Shown one piece after another: positions 1-10,301 of a DNA stretch of 32,000 nt. The notes beneath the pieces are model-generated. The model ran no database searches. It saw nothing but the letters and a program-made list of their open reading frames with translations, and was not told the origin of the DNA. The stretch is from contig NZ_CP074694.1 of NCBI RefSeq assembly GCF_018398935.1, positions 3,180,001 to 3,212,000 of the forward strand, in the 5' to 3' direction. A program made the translations under genes and the position numbers. The stretch comes from Telmatocola sphagniphila. GTDB taxonomy: Bacteria > Planctomycetota > Planctomycetia > Gemmatales > Gemmataceae. How positions within the stretch are numbered: position 1 is the stretch's first letter; every line of letters starts with the position of its first letter.

Positions 1-14
1 CTCTGATCTTCTAA

Positions 15-3000
15 TTACTTGACGATTACTTTCAGGAAAGCGATTGGTCCTTTTATCGGAATCAGTTGAACCGTAAACTCGCCTTTCACCTTCCCGGCCG
101 TGATTTCCACCGAGACATCGGTAGCCTCGTCGCTGAACTTCACCATCGGTGGTACCTTCAAGTCACTTCCCACCGGGACTTCGACCTTGAAGGAGGGATC
201 ATCGCGGAACAGCGTTCCCAGAATCACTCCCAATTTCACGTTCTGCTTGCCTCCCGCTTCAATTGTAACCGGCGGGGGAACAACCAGCGTGAGATCGTAC
301 AACTGACTTTGCCGATTCTCCAGAATCCGGTCGAGGCGACGGCGGATATCCTTATCCTGTGCTTCCAGAATTTTCTGCAGAGCGATGATGACCTGTTGAA
401 TCCCCGTGATTCCGCCCATTTCCTCGCGAACTCGCTTCAACTTGAACAGTACGGCCTCCAGGCGATCCCGCGTGATCTGAACCTGTGCGGCCTGTGGCAA
501 CTGGAAATTCCCCAGTTCCCCGGCAAAGGCATTCAACGCCTCTTCGGCCGCCGGGAAATCGGCTTTAACGCAACTATCGAGAGGCTTGACAATCTTCTCA
601 TCCAGCTTGCCGATGAGATTATCGTTGAACCGGTTAAAGCGATACTCTTTGATGATTCGTGTGTAAGCCGTCGATACATCGGTGGCGGTGTCTTTGGTCT
701 TGGCCAGGGTCTCCAGCAATTCCCCCAGGCGTGTCTGATCGGGCAAAAAGTCGTCCTTCTCCTTGAGCGTATTGAGTCGGGAGGCCACGCCGCTATATTT
801 CGCCAGCAAGTCTTCCAACCGGCGAATGACTTCATCGAGTTTCAGAGCCAGCCCGGCTTCCTCGCGGGAAATCTCGGCCAGTAATTCCCCCTCGGAGACC
901 AGTTTGAAGAGGAAAGGTTCCTTATTCAAGGAAACCTTCGGTCCACTCTCCACGTTGGTGTCCGTGGCGGAAATATTCAAAGTGAGCGTATAGGACCTTT
1001 GAGCAACCCTTTCGTCCTTCTCCTCCAGCGATTTGGCATACTTGCGAAGGTCGAAGTAGCTCGTCTCATCAGCTGACTTGAATTTGAAGCTGTTGACAAT
1101 CGGTAACTGGTTCTGCGGCGGCAACGGCTGCTTAATGGCCAATTTCAAGTTCTCCAAGGTCAGCTTTTTAGCCCATTGATTGTACTCTTCCACGAACGCC
1201 GGAACCATTTCATTGATTTCTGAACTCGACTGCACCTGGGAGCGAATGAGCGGCATCGTCGCTTTCAAAACTGTAGCTCGCTGGATCACATCGCCCAAGC
1301 TGGGAATCAGAGGTGTGCTCAAAAACAACGGGGTCACATAGGTCGAACGAGTACCCAGGATAATCGGTGACTCAATCTCGACGTAGGAATAAGTAAACTC
1401 CACCTTCGCAAGACCGTTATCATCGGTGACTTTGCTATCGGTGGAAAAAGGAATGATCGCCTTGGCCGTGCACATGTATTGGCTGCCGACTTTGCGAATC
1501 ACATCGATCACGACATCGACTTCGGGAGCCTTATCTTCAATCGGCGTGATGGAAACCAGACGGCGGCTCTGAACGTTGTCGCGATCGGTAAATTGAATTT
1601 CGAACTCCGTCAATCGAGTGATCAGATTTTTCGTACTGGTCTGGAAACCAAACGTGACCGTTTTGCCATCAGCTCCCACCGGTACGGGAATCGGTTTCGG
1701 CTCGGCATCGATATCCACGCCGGGATATTTGCCCGGTTTGGGGATAATCGCGGCCGAGCTCAATTCCTTATCGACGGTAGCTTTGAATACCACTTCACTG
1801 CCCGCCGGAAGATCGAACTTCGAGCGATCACCTGTCAATGAAACCCCATCGGAGACTTCCTGCTTTAAACCTTTCAGAAGGCTGTAATTCACCAAAAGAG
1901 GAGGCTTAGTGCTATCGTAAGGAGGGGTGTGATACAGGTAGGCCGGGCGATATTCCGTGCGGGTAAATTCCACAATCGATGGCGGCGGTACCAGAGTGAT
2001 GCGCCGGGCAGGACTGACGTAATCATCGGCTCTTACGTGAAAATCAACTGATTCTTTCAAGTCGCTCAGCGTACCGGAAAACTCCGTCGCGGATTCTTTC
2101 TTCAAACCCATTTCCACGCTGGATTTCAGCCCCCGATAGTCCAGGTTGACTTCACTCGGAATATGCAATTTGCGAAGCTTTCGACTATTGGAGTAATCGT
2201 CCACTTTGGCCTGCAGTTGAGTAAAGAGCGATTCCAACTTTTGGAGATCATTTGGAGAGACCAATTTGCGAAGGTACTGACGGGTCTCCTCATTGTCGAG
2301 GAAGAGCTGTTCAACGCGATCGATCTTCCAGCGGCCCAGATCGCTGGGGATATCGGCCAGTTCGGTCGGCAACGGGACTTGGAGCGAGTAGGCGACGGGC
2401 GAGAACACGAACGAACCGATCTCGGCGGCCTCACGGCTTGCTCGCATCGCCTGAACTGGAATCTCCGGAATGTCTTTGGGATCGAAAAACTTCGGCAAAT
2501 CGGCCCAGGTCATCGGTCGCCAGCCATCGACGGATTTGGTATCGGCAATCACCCACTTATAAGCGGCCACGCGCAGACGCGGGGCCGGGCTGTCTCGACC
2601 AATACGCATTTCATTTCCTGGAAAATCGATAATTTCCAGGTGCGTCGAGCGCGGCCAGGGCACATCCTTGAGGAGAATATTTCGTTCCACCAGAATCGAT
2701 GAGACATCGTAGCTGTTGATGAAATAGCGGCTCAGCGATGGTCGGTACAGAATTAAAGCGAAAATCGACAGTGCGAAAAAGACCAGAAAGCTGGTCGCCA
2801 GCAGCACCCGGCGTTTGGCCTGCAGGCGCTTGTGGTTCAACACCTGGTCGATCGGCAACTTTTCCAGTTCGCCTTTGACATCGTTAACCGTTTTCCGGAT
2901 TAACTCCGCCGAGTAGCCATAGCGAGATTGCTTCTCAATATCGACGAGTTCGACGGCTGTGATCAACCGGCCATCCAATTGCTTCGGAAACTTATCTTCA

Positions 3001-3341
3001 AGAATGATCGCCAGGGCACGATCTTTTAGCGACCGCGTGACAGGCAAAAGCCAGCAACGAATAACGTAGACCGCCAGCGCCGCGAGCAACAGAGCGAGCA
3101 CAACCGAACGGAGAGAATGCGGGGCATCCTGCACCCAGTCGAGACCGAAGAGGAGAAAAGCACCATAATCGAGGAAGAGGCTGATCCAGAAGTAGAAACA
3201 GACGAAGATCGCTACCGATAGGAGAGCATCGATAGTCAGGTAGCGCCGGATCGCATCGCGCAACCGCGCCAGCGGTTGCTGGATCTCTGGCGCCAGTTTA
3301 TCGTGATCAGTTACTGCGTGATTCAAATTAGTATCCTGCAT
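15..3341 (-). CDS. Large membrane-anchored protein of unknown function; last gene of the MoxR/DUF58/BatA/VWA array
   Basis: The ORF is 1108 codons with an ATG at 3341-3339, only 15 nt after the stop of the preceding co-directional gene. The N-terminal ~200 aa contains hydrophobic segments (LLSVAIFVCFYFWISLFL, VVLALLLAALAVYVI, VLLATSFLVFFALSIFALILY), a layout reminiscent of DUF4175-type proteins. The rest is beta-rich with a coiled-coil-like stretch. I recognised no catalytic motif. Confidence 0.85.
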   Translation of the reverse strand: MQDTNLNHAVTDHDKLAPEIQQPLARLRDAIRRYLTIDALLSVAIFVCFYFWISLFLDYGAFLLFGLDWVQDAPHSLRSVVLALLLAALAVYVIRCWLLPVTRSLKDRALAIILEDKFPKQLDGRLITAVELVDIEKQSRYGYSAELIRKTVNDVKGELEKLPIDQVLNHKRLQAKRRVLLATSFLVFFALSIFALILYRPSLSRYFINSYDVSSILVERNILLKDVPWPRSTHLEIIDFPGNEMRIGRDSPAPRLRVAAYKWVIADTKSVDGWRPMTWADLPKFFDPKDIPEIPVQAMRASREAAEIGSFVFSPVAYSLQVPLPTELADIPSDLGRWKIDRVEQLFLDNEETRQYLRKLVSPNDLQKLESLFTQLQAKVDDYSNSRKLRKLHIPSEVNLDYRGLKSSVEMGLKKESATEFSGTLSDLKESVDFHVRADDYVSPARRITLVPPPSIVEFTRTEYRPAYLYHTPPYDSTKPPLLVNYSLLKGLKQEVSDGVSLTGDRSKFDLPAGSEVVFKATVDKELSSAAIIPKPGKYPGVDIDAEPKPIPVPVGADGKTVTFGFQTSTKNLITRLTEFEIQFTDRDNVQSRRLVSITPIEDKAPEVDVVIDVIRKVGSQYMCTAKAIIPFSTDSKVTDDNGLAKVEFTYSYVEIESPIILGTRSTYVTPLFLSTPLIPSLGDVIQRATVLKATMPLIRSQVQSSSEINEMVPAFVEEYNQWAKKLTLENLKLAIKQPLPPQNQLPIVNSFKFKSADETSYFDLRKYAKSLEEKDERVAQRSYTLTLNISATDTNVESGPKVSLNKEPFLFKLVSEGELLAEISREEAGLALKLDEVIRRLEDLLAKYSGVASRLNTLKEKDDFLPDQTRLGELLETLAKTKDTATDVSTAYTRIIKEYRFNRFNDNLIGKLDEKIVKPLDSCVKADFPAAEEALNAFAGELGNFQLPQAAQVQITRDRLEAVLFKLKRVREEMGGITGIQQVIIALQKILEAQDKDIRRRLDRILENRQSQLYDLTLVVPPPVTIEAGGKQNVKLGVILGTLFRDDPSFKVEVPVGSDLKVPPMVKFSDEATDVSVEITAGKVKGEFTVQLIPIKGPIAFLKVIVK

Positions 3342-3356
3342 GTTCAGTGGGTGGAA

Positions 3357-6300
3357 CTACGCCAGTCTTAATAATTTCCGGGACAGCCACTCTATCGAAA
3401 GCAAGAAGACCGCCAGAAGCAACAGCCAGCTGATCGTGGCCGGTTTATCCGAATACCAGCCGGAGATCCAGCGCGGCAATTCCGGGCCCTTATCCCACAA
3501 ATCCTCGACTGCCCCCTTGGTTCGTGCCGTTACCGGGACCGTCACCATGCACTCGGGGATCAGATCGAGCGCCTGCTTGTTATCGAACTTGAAGGAGAGC
3601 TTTAACCCGTCGGGAGCGCGGGTCGCGGCCTGCCGGATCGCCCCGAGAACCGTCTTGTCGGCGACGCGGTTTTCGATTTCCGATACCTCGCCGGCCATGG
3701 CCGCGAGGGCGGCGTAGTCGGGTCGGACATTATCCACTTCCGGATTCGATTTCCGAATGGTGAATTTGCTGCGCAACGTATCGTTACTATCCGGGATCGA
3801 TACATCAATGCGGTATTGCCCGGGGGGATAAGTCTCCGCCGTGGCCAGAATCTGGCGTTGGAACATACCGCTCCAATCCTCGGCACCGCGCTTGGAGTTC
3901 AACTTATATTCCCGAGTGTATTTCTTATTCTCTTTCTCGTGATCCTTCTCCTGGTAGTTATCCAGTTCTACCGGCTGGACGACGATCTTCGGTTCGGCGT
4001 TCTGTCCGACGGGCTTCAAGGAGGCATCCAGCAACTGTGCCGTTACGCGAATGTAACTGCCGGAAGTAAATTCCTTGGCCATTAGAATTCGACCGCGTCG
4101 ATTCTGCTTACGTCGCGAACCGGAACTGAGGTACCGCGCCATCTTGATCCAGAAGCGTTCGAAATACGCCTGGGCTTTACCTGCTTCACGCAGACGCCAG
4201 ATTTCCGAGGAGCCGATGAACCCGGTCATCCCCTGCCCCCAGCGCATAATAACGATGAACGGCGGGTCCCGACCGTCGGGCATCTTTAAGGCGTTGGGAT
4301 CGGTATAGCTTGCGATGATTGTAGCGGCCGGTTTAACCAGCTGGGCCGGGTAGTAGTTGTAAAAACCGCGGATCGGACGGATGCCCTCGGCCGGGTTGTC
4401 CTTGCCGTAGAAGAAGTAATCCCAGCCCGCCAGCGGTCCTTCTTTTTCATCGTCGATTTTCAGAAAATCGGTATCGGGATTCACTCCCACGAATTTCAAA
4501 GCGTAAGGTTCCTTGGCATCGCGTTTGATAGAAGCCAAGTCGATATCGCCGGGCAGTACGGGATAGATATCAAGCAACGGCCGGAATTTGCTATTTTCGT
4601 CGACGCGGGCCATTTGTTTAGTGTAAATTGGCCCGGCCACTATCATCAACCCGCCCGCTTGGAGGTTCACCCAGGTTTCCACCATCGCGATTTGTTCCTG
4701 AGTCAACTGACTCCAGTCGGGATCGAAGGCAATAATCACATCGTAGCGGCCGAGGTTGTACCACTTTTCGTCGGCGGATTCTGCCGGATCTTCTTCCACC
4801 TTCAAACGGGTGGGAAATCGGGTCAGCATCCGCGAGGGATCTTCCAACAGCGAAATTTTCCCCTGCGCTCCCCCTTCGTTTTGCAGATAGATGCTCAAAT
4901 CGGCGTTATCGCGGATCAACTGATTCACCAGGAATTGATAATCGCGGTTCGGGCCGCTGGAAATGATCAGGATTCTCATCGGCTTCTTTTCAATTTTCAC
5001 CACGGCCGCTTCACTGGTGTGCTTGGGCTTCTCGAACTTTTCGCCGGGCACGCGGGCCGTGCTGGCCTGAATGCGCCATTCCCCTTCCAGCAGATCTTTG
5101 AAATTCGAGGCTTTGGTTTTCAAATTTTCAGGGAGTTTCTCAGGTTCTATGGGGATTTCCACCTGACCATGGGGTGGTTCCCCGGCCGCGAAGGTCACCT
5201 TCGATTCGATGACGTAAGGTGTATCACTCTTGGGCGGAAAAAGTTCAATCGTGATGGGAATCGTTTGACCGATCAAGCCTTCGCCATCGACTTCCGCAAT
5301 GACTTTGAACGGTTCATCGGGCGGCGTCTGATCGGGGGCCTGAAGATCGGTGATTCGGAGGGCGATCAACTGACGATCTTCACCAACACCGATCGTAAAG
5401 ATGGGAACCGATTCGCGTTTGGCACGTGCCCGAAGTTCGGATATCGTCGAATCGGAACCGGTATTGCTCCGACCGTCAGAGATGACGATGATGCCCTGCA
5501 ACATGTTCGCAGCTTCGCGATTGAGTGCGGTCAGAACCGAATCGGGCACGTTGGTCGAGGTACCGATGGTCCGGGCCAGGTCGATTCGATTTTCGAGCTT
5601 GGGACGGATATTTTTCAGCGTGATCCGATCCGCTTCCGGCATATCGGCCGGTATCATTTCGGCTTCCGGTTTTTCAATCCAATTCTTGGCCCAGTCCAAG
5701 GTCCCGGCAGCTTCACCGCCGAAAGAAGCCGTCGCCTTCAGTTTGGCTCTGCCTTCTTCGGAAAGACTCTTGAGTACCCACGGTTTGAAATCGTACTTCG
5801 CAAACTCGTTCCACTGCGCATCTTTCCAAAGAGGGGCATATTCGCGCAGGGCCGTTCCATCATCCAACGTTGCATTGCGGAGTACTGCCGAGTATTCCGA
5901 AGCATCATTCCCCTGGGAATCGCGCACATTTCGCTTTTCGAAGGATTGCACATCCTCGTCCAACCGGCTTCCCATGCGATAGACGAACAGCGGATTCTTA
6001 TCGAGAATCTTTTTCAGGAAACTAACCTTATCATCCGAAAGATAATCGAGCACTTTCTGGATCCGCGAGCGCGGCTTGGAAGTTGCGGCCTCCGTCGGTG
6101 AATCATCGCTGATCCCCATACTGTCGGAAACATCCAGCACCATCACCACGCGCGATCGTTTATCCGCCTTTTCCCAAGTCTGTCGGGACGGCAGAAGGAA
6201 GATTACCGTCAGGATGCCATAAATGGAGATTCGCACTAAGCCGAGAAAACTGGCCCAGCGCCAGCCGACTGAACGACTATCTTTGCGATACATGTAAATG

Positions 6301-6443
6301 ACGTAGAAAATCCCGATTAGCAGAATGGGAATCAGAATCGCCAGCCACCACAAGCCGTTCTTTTCCACTCCGCCCAGGCGCAGAGTCTGTTCCAGCCGGC
6401 GTAAAATGATTTCGGTTTCTCGGACTGTCCCGGTATCGTTCAT
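3357..6443 (-). CDS. VWA-domain membrane protein (BatB-like) with a GATase1-like middle domain and a C-terminal TM anchor
   Basis: The ORF is 1028 codons with an ATG start. It has N-terminal TM helices followed by a MIDAS-type motif, VVMVLDVSDSMG. A later segment, MRILIISSGPNRDYQFL...YDVIIAFDPDW, is typical of the class-I glutamine-amidotransferase-like fold seen in these proteins. The C-terminal anchor is LLLLAVFLLSIEWLSRKLLRLA. Confidence 0.9.
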   Translation of the reverse strand: MNDTGTVRETEIILRRLEQTLRLGGVEKNGLWWLAILIPILLIGIFYVIYMYRKDSRSVGWRWASFLGLVRISIYGILTVIFLLPSRQTWEKADKRSRVVMVLDVSDSMGISDDSPTEAATSKPRSRIQKVLDYLSDDKVSFLKKILDKNPLFVYRMGSRLDEDVQSFEKRNVRDSQGNDASEYSAVLRNATLDDGTALREYAPLWKDAQWNEFAKYDFKPWVLKSLSEEGRAKLKATASFGGEAAGTLDWAKNWIEKPEAEMIPADMPEADRITLKNIRPKLENRIDLARTIGTSTNVPDSVLTALNREAANMLQGIIVISDGRSNTGSDSTISELRARAKRESVPIFTIGVGEDRQLIALRITDLQAPDQTPPDEPFKVIAEVDGEGLIGQTIPITIELFPPKSDTPYVIESKVTFAAGEPPHGQVEIPIEPEKLPENLKTKASNFKDLLEGEWRIQASTARVPGEKFEKPKHTSEAAVVKIEKKPMRILIISSGPNRDYQFLVNQLIRDNADLSIYLQNEGGAQGKISLLEDPSRMLTRFPTRLKVEEDPAESADEKWYNLGRYDVIIAFDPDWSQLTQEQIAMVETWVNLQAGGLMIVAGPIYTKQMARVDENSKFRPLLDIYPVLPGDIDLASIKRDAKEPYALKFVGVNPDTDFLKIDDEKEGPLAGWDYFFYGKDNPAEGIRPIRGFYNYYPAQLVKPAATIIASYTDPNALKMPDGRDPPFIVIMRWGQGMTGFIGSSEIWRLREAGKAQAYFERFWIKMARYLSSGSRRKQNRRGRILMAKEFTSGSYIRVTAQLLDASLKPVGQNAEPKIVVQPVELDNYQEKDHEKENKKYTREYKLNSKRGAEDWSGMFQRQILATAETYPPGQYRIDVSIPDSNDTLRSKFTIRKSNPEVDNVRPDYAALAAMAGEVSEIENRVADKTVLGAIRQAATRAPDGLKLSFKFDNKQALDLIPECMVTVPVTARTKGAVEDLWDKGPELPRWISGWYSDKPATISWLLLLAVFLLSIEWLSRKLLRLA

Positions 6444-6487
6444 CTCAACCTTCCAAAGCTCGAGATCGCCTCGAGCGTGAAAACCAG

Positions 6488-9265
6488 CTAGGCGGCGTGG
6501 GAGTTGGGCACGCGTCTCCCCAGAGGCTTGCCCGTAGGATTATCGTTCGAACCGCCGTGAAAACTCAGTCTCACCGCCATGAACTGTTCGAAAATCAGAA
6601 CCAGTAATAGCACCAGATAGAACCAGGGCGATTCGGAGAGATCGCTGCGTCGCAAGCGCAAGGCTTCCGAATATTCATCGCTGCTGGCCGTGTAGAGCTT
6701 GGCCCCCTTGGCGATCGATTCGATTTCCGTGGTATCGGCCCGTTTCAGATCACTTTCGGCCCGGGCATCGATGTTGTAAGCCAGTGCCCGATAGTCGGGT
6801 CGAAGAATCGGCTCTTTACCGGCCCCGCCAACCCGTTGTTCCGTAAATTCGAAGACGTAGACGCCGGGCTGCTTCGCTTCGTCGAAGTTTAAAATATTTT
6901 TGTCTTTGTTGGTCGTGAGTACCTGTTCGCCTAAAGCTGTAAACTTCGCGAGTTCCGGAATCGGATTCGGCCCTGTACCGCTCTTGAGATCCTGCCACAG
7001 CAACCATTTCTTGGCGCGATTGCTGTAACTTTGGGCATCGAAGGCAAATTCGAAATTACGGCCCAGTGGAAGATTCAAATCCGTCCCGGCGCTCCCCAAA
7101 TATCGCTGCATTTCAATAGTGATAAGAGCGAAGTAGGTGAGCCCCGGTCCCTCCAGGTCATTCCAGGATACCCCAGCGGACGACATGAAGGCGAGTACTC
7201 GGCCGTTGCCAATCTGCTTCGCCACATAAAGCGGGTCGCCATATTTGACTACGTCCAACTCGACTTGAAGGTCCCGGGCAAGCTCGGCCTGTTCCGGTTG
7301 CTGCCAGAGTTCCCGCAAACTGGGCCGGTTAGTCTCTTTATCGCCATCATCGTGCAACAAACTATCGAGCTTGGAGGAAAGCCTGTAGAGCGGTGCCGAA
7401 GGATCGTTGGCGATGCCGCGAATCTCATCGTAATATTTCCGCAAAACATCTCGGTATTTCGACAGCTTTTCGTCATCTTTGGGCAGGCGGCTCATGAGCT
7501 TGTTGACGGCTGCCGAATATTTATCCATCGTCTGGAAATTCGGCAGCGTCATCAGTTCCTTGACCGATTGGTCCTGCGTATTCCAGGCCGCCCGGCGAAC
7601 CTTGAAGTAACGGTCGATCACCACGAACAGGAGAAAGCGATTGAACTCTTCCGGGTTCACGCGAACGCCCCGCGAATCGGTATAGAGACGTTCGAGAGCC
7701 GGGTGCCGGTCATCGCGCGTGAAGATCTGCGGTTGGAAGCTGAATCGTCTTTCGAAGCGTTTTTTCTCGCGCTCGGCATCGGGCAGGCTGAAACCTTCAG
7801 GTTGATCGTCGAGCGGTGCGGGGAAGAGCCCCTTGCCCTCGTTCCAAAGTTTGGCGTTGTAGAACTCTTTGATGTCGTTCGGCTTGATGGATGGCCCCAT
7901 GAAAAAGGCCACTCCCCCCCCAGATTTGACATAGGTTTCCAGATTGGTGACCGCCTTATCGCTCAGCCGGGGCACATCGCAAACAAAAACGCCGATGTAA
8001 GGCTGAAGATTCAGGTTCTCCAATTCGGCAGGAGTTTTCAATTGAACATCGAATCCCTTGATCGAGTCCATGAAAAGTTTCTGCAGGTGGAAAGTTTCCG
8101 ATTCGCGTTTGCCTCGACTGGCCGGGTTGTTATCCACGAGCAACAGAGGGACCTTGTCGCGAACTTCGACAACGGTATAGCGGACGTTATCCATCGCCAG
8201 CCCGGCCTGTTCGTTCTCCAGATGTGCGGAAACCAGATTGAATCGATCGAGCGGATTCTCTTCGGTACCGACCCGATCCAGACTCAATGTGAATCGGGCC
8301 GTGGTCAATTCATTGGGCGGCAAGGAGGGAATGTTTACCGACCCTTCGGCACGTTCCGAACCGTTGAGCCGGCTCGAAATACGGACGTTCTTTTTCTCGC
8401 TCGTACTGAAGTTGGCGACCGTAACCGTGAATTCCACCGGTGCGAACTTGGCGGTAATTCTCGTGTCGGCCCGTAAATCCAGGATGGCAATGTTGTCGTG
8501 ATAGAGGGGAGTTTTCTGTTTTTCAGATCGCTCCGGATGCGCGGCATCCAACAGATAAATATCGGTTCCCGCCTTCACTTCCGTGAAGACATCGGTCAGA
8601 TTCTTTTCGGCGCCCGCTCCCCAATCGACTTGTCGGAAGTCGCTGACAACGTGCAGAACATGTCGCATCCGTGGCGTATCGTCGAAGATCTTTTTGGCTC
8701 GCTTCAACCCCTCGGTGAGCGGAATACTGAATGGACTCGGTTTCAAAGGATTCAGGTAGCCGCGCATGTCGTCGAGAGAACCACTATTGAGCCGGCTGAA
8801 GTCGCGGGGATTTTCCAGATCGCTCAGGCGAATAATTTCCAGATACTGAGGCGTCGGGGCCTGCATAATATCTTTGGAAATCTTATCGGTAATCAGCCGT
8901 TTCGCTTCGCTGAAGGTGTCTTTGGCCAGGCCGTCTTCCCGCCAGCTGTCATCCATACTGGGAGTATCGTCCAGAACGACGATGTGCAGAGTGCTCTGCG
9001 CTTCACTTCCGCCCAACGATTTGAAGCCGAGGAAGCGGGCCAACAGGAGTCCTAGGAGCAGCACCAAAAGAATGCGGAGCAACAATAGAATCAGCTGCTC
9101 GATGATCAATTTCCGCTTGCTGCGCTTCTGCGATTTCAGCAGAAACTCCATGGCGGCCCAGCGAACGCGCTTGTAACGCATCCGGTTGATCAGGTGAATG
9201 ATGATCGGCGAGGAAATCAGGATTCCACCGAGTATCATCGACCAGGGATTGAGAAAAAGTTCCAT
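6488..9265 (-). CDS. BatA N-terminal (aerotolerance-regulator N-terminal, double-TM) domain protein with a VWA-like domain
   Basis: The ORF is 925 codons with an ATG start. The N-terminus, PWSMILGGILISSPIIIHLINRMRYKRVRWAAMEFL, is the hallmark BatA_N/double-TM signature. It is followed by LHIVVLDDTPSMDDS, a MIDAS-like DxTxS motif. A C-terminal TM segment is present (WFYLVLLLVLIFEQFMAV). Confidence 0.9.
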   Translation of the reverse strand: MELFLNPWSMILGGILISSPIIIHLINRMRYKRVRWAAMEFLLKSQKRSKRKLIIEQLILLLLRILLVLLLGLLLARFLGFKSLGGSEAQSTLHIVVLDDTPSMDDSWREDGLAKDTFSEAKRLITDKISKDIMQAPTPQYLEIIRLSDLENPRDFSRLNSGSLDDMRGYLNPLKPSPFSIPLTEGLKRAKKIFDDTPRMRHVLHVVSDFRQVDWGAGAEKNLTDVFTEVKAGTDIYLLDAAHPERSEKQKTPLYHDNIAILDLRADTRITAKFAPVEFTVTVANFSTSEKKNVRISSRLNGSERAEGSVNIPSLPPNELTTARFTLSLDRVGTEENPLDRFNLVSAHLENEQAGLAMDNVRYTVVEVRDKVPLLLVDNNPASRGKRESETFHLQKLFMDSIKGFDVQLKTPAELENLNLQPYIGVFVCDVPRLSDKAVTNLETYVKSGGGVAFFMGPSIKPNDIKEFYNAKLWNEGKGLFPAPLDDQPEGFSLPDAEREKKRFERRFSFQPQIFTRDDRHPALERLYTDSRGVRVNPEEFNRFLLFVVIDRYFKVRRAAWNTQDQSVKELMTLPNFQTMDKYSAAVNKLMSRLPKDDEKLSKYRDVLRKYYDEIRGIANDPSAPLYRLSSKLDSLLHDDGDKETNRPSLRELWQQPEQAELARDLQVELDVVKYGDPLYVAKQIGNGRVLAFMSSAGVSWNDLEGPGLTYFALITIEMQRYLGSAGTDLNLPLGRNFEFAFDAQSYSNRAKKWLLWQDLKSGTGPNPIPELAKFTALGEQVLTTNKDKNILNFDEAKQPGVYVFEFTEQRVGGAGKEPILRPDYRALAYNIDARAESDLKRADTTEIESIAKGAKLYTASSDEYSEALRLRRSDLSESPWFYLVLLLVLIFEQFMAVRLSFHGGSNDNPTGKPLGRRVPNSHAA

Positions 9266-9314
9266 TCTAAGAGGTCACTCGCGCTGAGTTTGCATTCGTT
9301 CGATTTTGATGCGA

Positions 9315-10235
9315 TCAGGAAGTCCGGGCCTTGGCTCGAGGATCCAGTCGCTGATGCAGGAATTTCGCCAGCACCGCATCCAGGGGATCGCTCGTCTTGA
9401 GCAGTGTGTAGTCGATACCCCGTTTTGTACAACCCTGTCGCATCTCGGTCAGGTAAATGTTCAACTCTTCCAGGTAGCCTTCCCTCAGAGCTTTCGGGTC
9501 GCAGAAAAGGTTGGGAAGTTCTTCCATCCCTTCGAAGCGAGTCATGCCGTTGAAGGGAAAGTTCAATTCATCATCGTCCAGCAGATGAAACAGCATGACG
9601 TCCTGCTTGCGCAGGCGAAGCATATCCAACCCCTTCAGCAGCGGTTCGCGATCCGTCAGACAGTCGGAAATCACCGCCACGATGCCACGCTGATGAGTAG
9701 CTTCCGCGACTCGGTTGAGGATCTTCAACATGTCGGTTTTATCGCGAGGCTTGGAGACATGCATCGTCTGGCAAATCGCCTCCAGATGTTTCTGAGAAGC
9801 TCGGGGCGGCACGACGGCACGGACTTCGGAATCGAAAGTCGTAATTCCAACGGAATCCTGCTGGCGGATCAGAAGATACGCGATGCAGGCCGCGGCGGTG
9901 CAGGCATATTCGTATTTGTTGAGATTGCCAGCCCCATAGTGCATCGATTCCGAGACATCGAGTACGAGTTGGCAGCGCAGATTGGTTTCGGCTTCGAACT
10001 GCTTGATGTAAAAGCGGTCGGTCTTAGACCAGACTTTCCAGTCGAGATGCCGGATGTCATCGCCGCGCACGTACTCGCGGTGCTGGACGAAATCGACCGA
10101 ATGTCCGAAGAACTTCGATCGATGCATGCCGTTGATGAATCCTTCGACGACCTGGGCGGCCTGTAACTCGAGATGGGCGATCTTCGAGATGGTGCGAGGA
10201 TCGAGAAATCGACGGGGATCTTCTTTATTCGCCAT
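9315..10235 (-). CDS. DUF58 domain protein (the usual partner of MoxR ATPases)
   Basis: The ORF is 306 codons with an ATG start. It carries the signature HREYVRGDDIRHLDWKVWSKTDRFYIKQFE, characteristic of DUF58, and sits directly downstream of the MoxR gene. Confidence 0.95.
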   Translation of the reverse strand: MANKEDPRRFLDPRTISKIAHLELQAAQVVEGFINGMHRSKFFGHSVDFVQHREYVRGDDIRHLDWKVWSKTDRFYIKQFEAETNLRCQLVLDVSESMHYGAGNLNKYEYACTAAACIAYLLIRQQDSVGITTFDSEVRAVVPPRASQKHLEAICQTMHVSKPRDKTDMLKILNRVAEATHQRGIVAVISDCLTDREPLLKGLDMLRLRKQDVMLFHLLDDDELNFPFNGMTRFEGMEELPNLFCDPKALREGYLEELNIYLTEMRQGCTKRGIDYTLLKTSDPLDAVLAKFLHQRLDPRAKARTS

Positions 10236-10301
10236 GTGTACCCGAAGGTTGACGCAGCCAAACAGCTATTCGTGGAATGCCGATAGAGGCCGCGGGGTCG
10301 A

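Noticed and set aside
4614-6101. A 495-codon plus-strand ORF antisense to the VWA gene. Similar cases are 7031..8476 (481 aa) and 13423..14550 (375 aa).
   Set aside because: All three are codon-aligned antisense frames of the real minus-strand genes; I checked the coordinates modulo 3. In that register, stops arise only from sense TTA, CTA or TCA codons, which the host evidently avoids. Their translations are low-complexity and rich in R, G, F and I, with no motifs. They are shadow ORFs, not overlapping genes.
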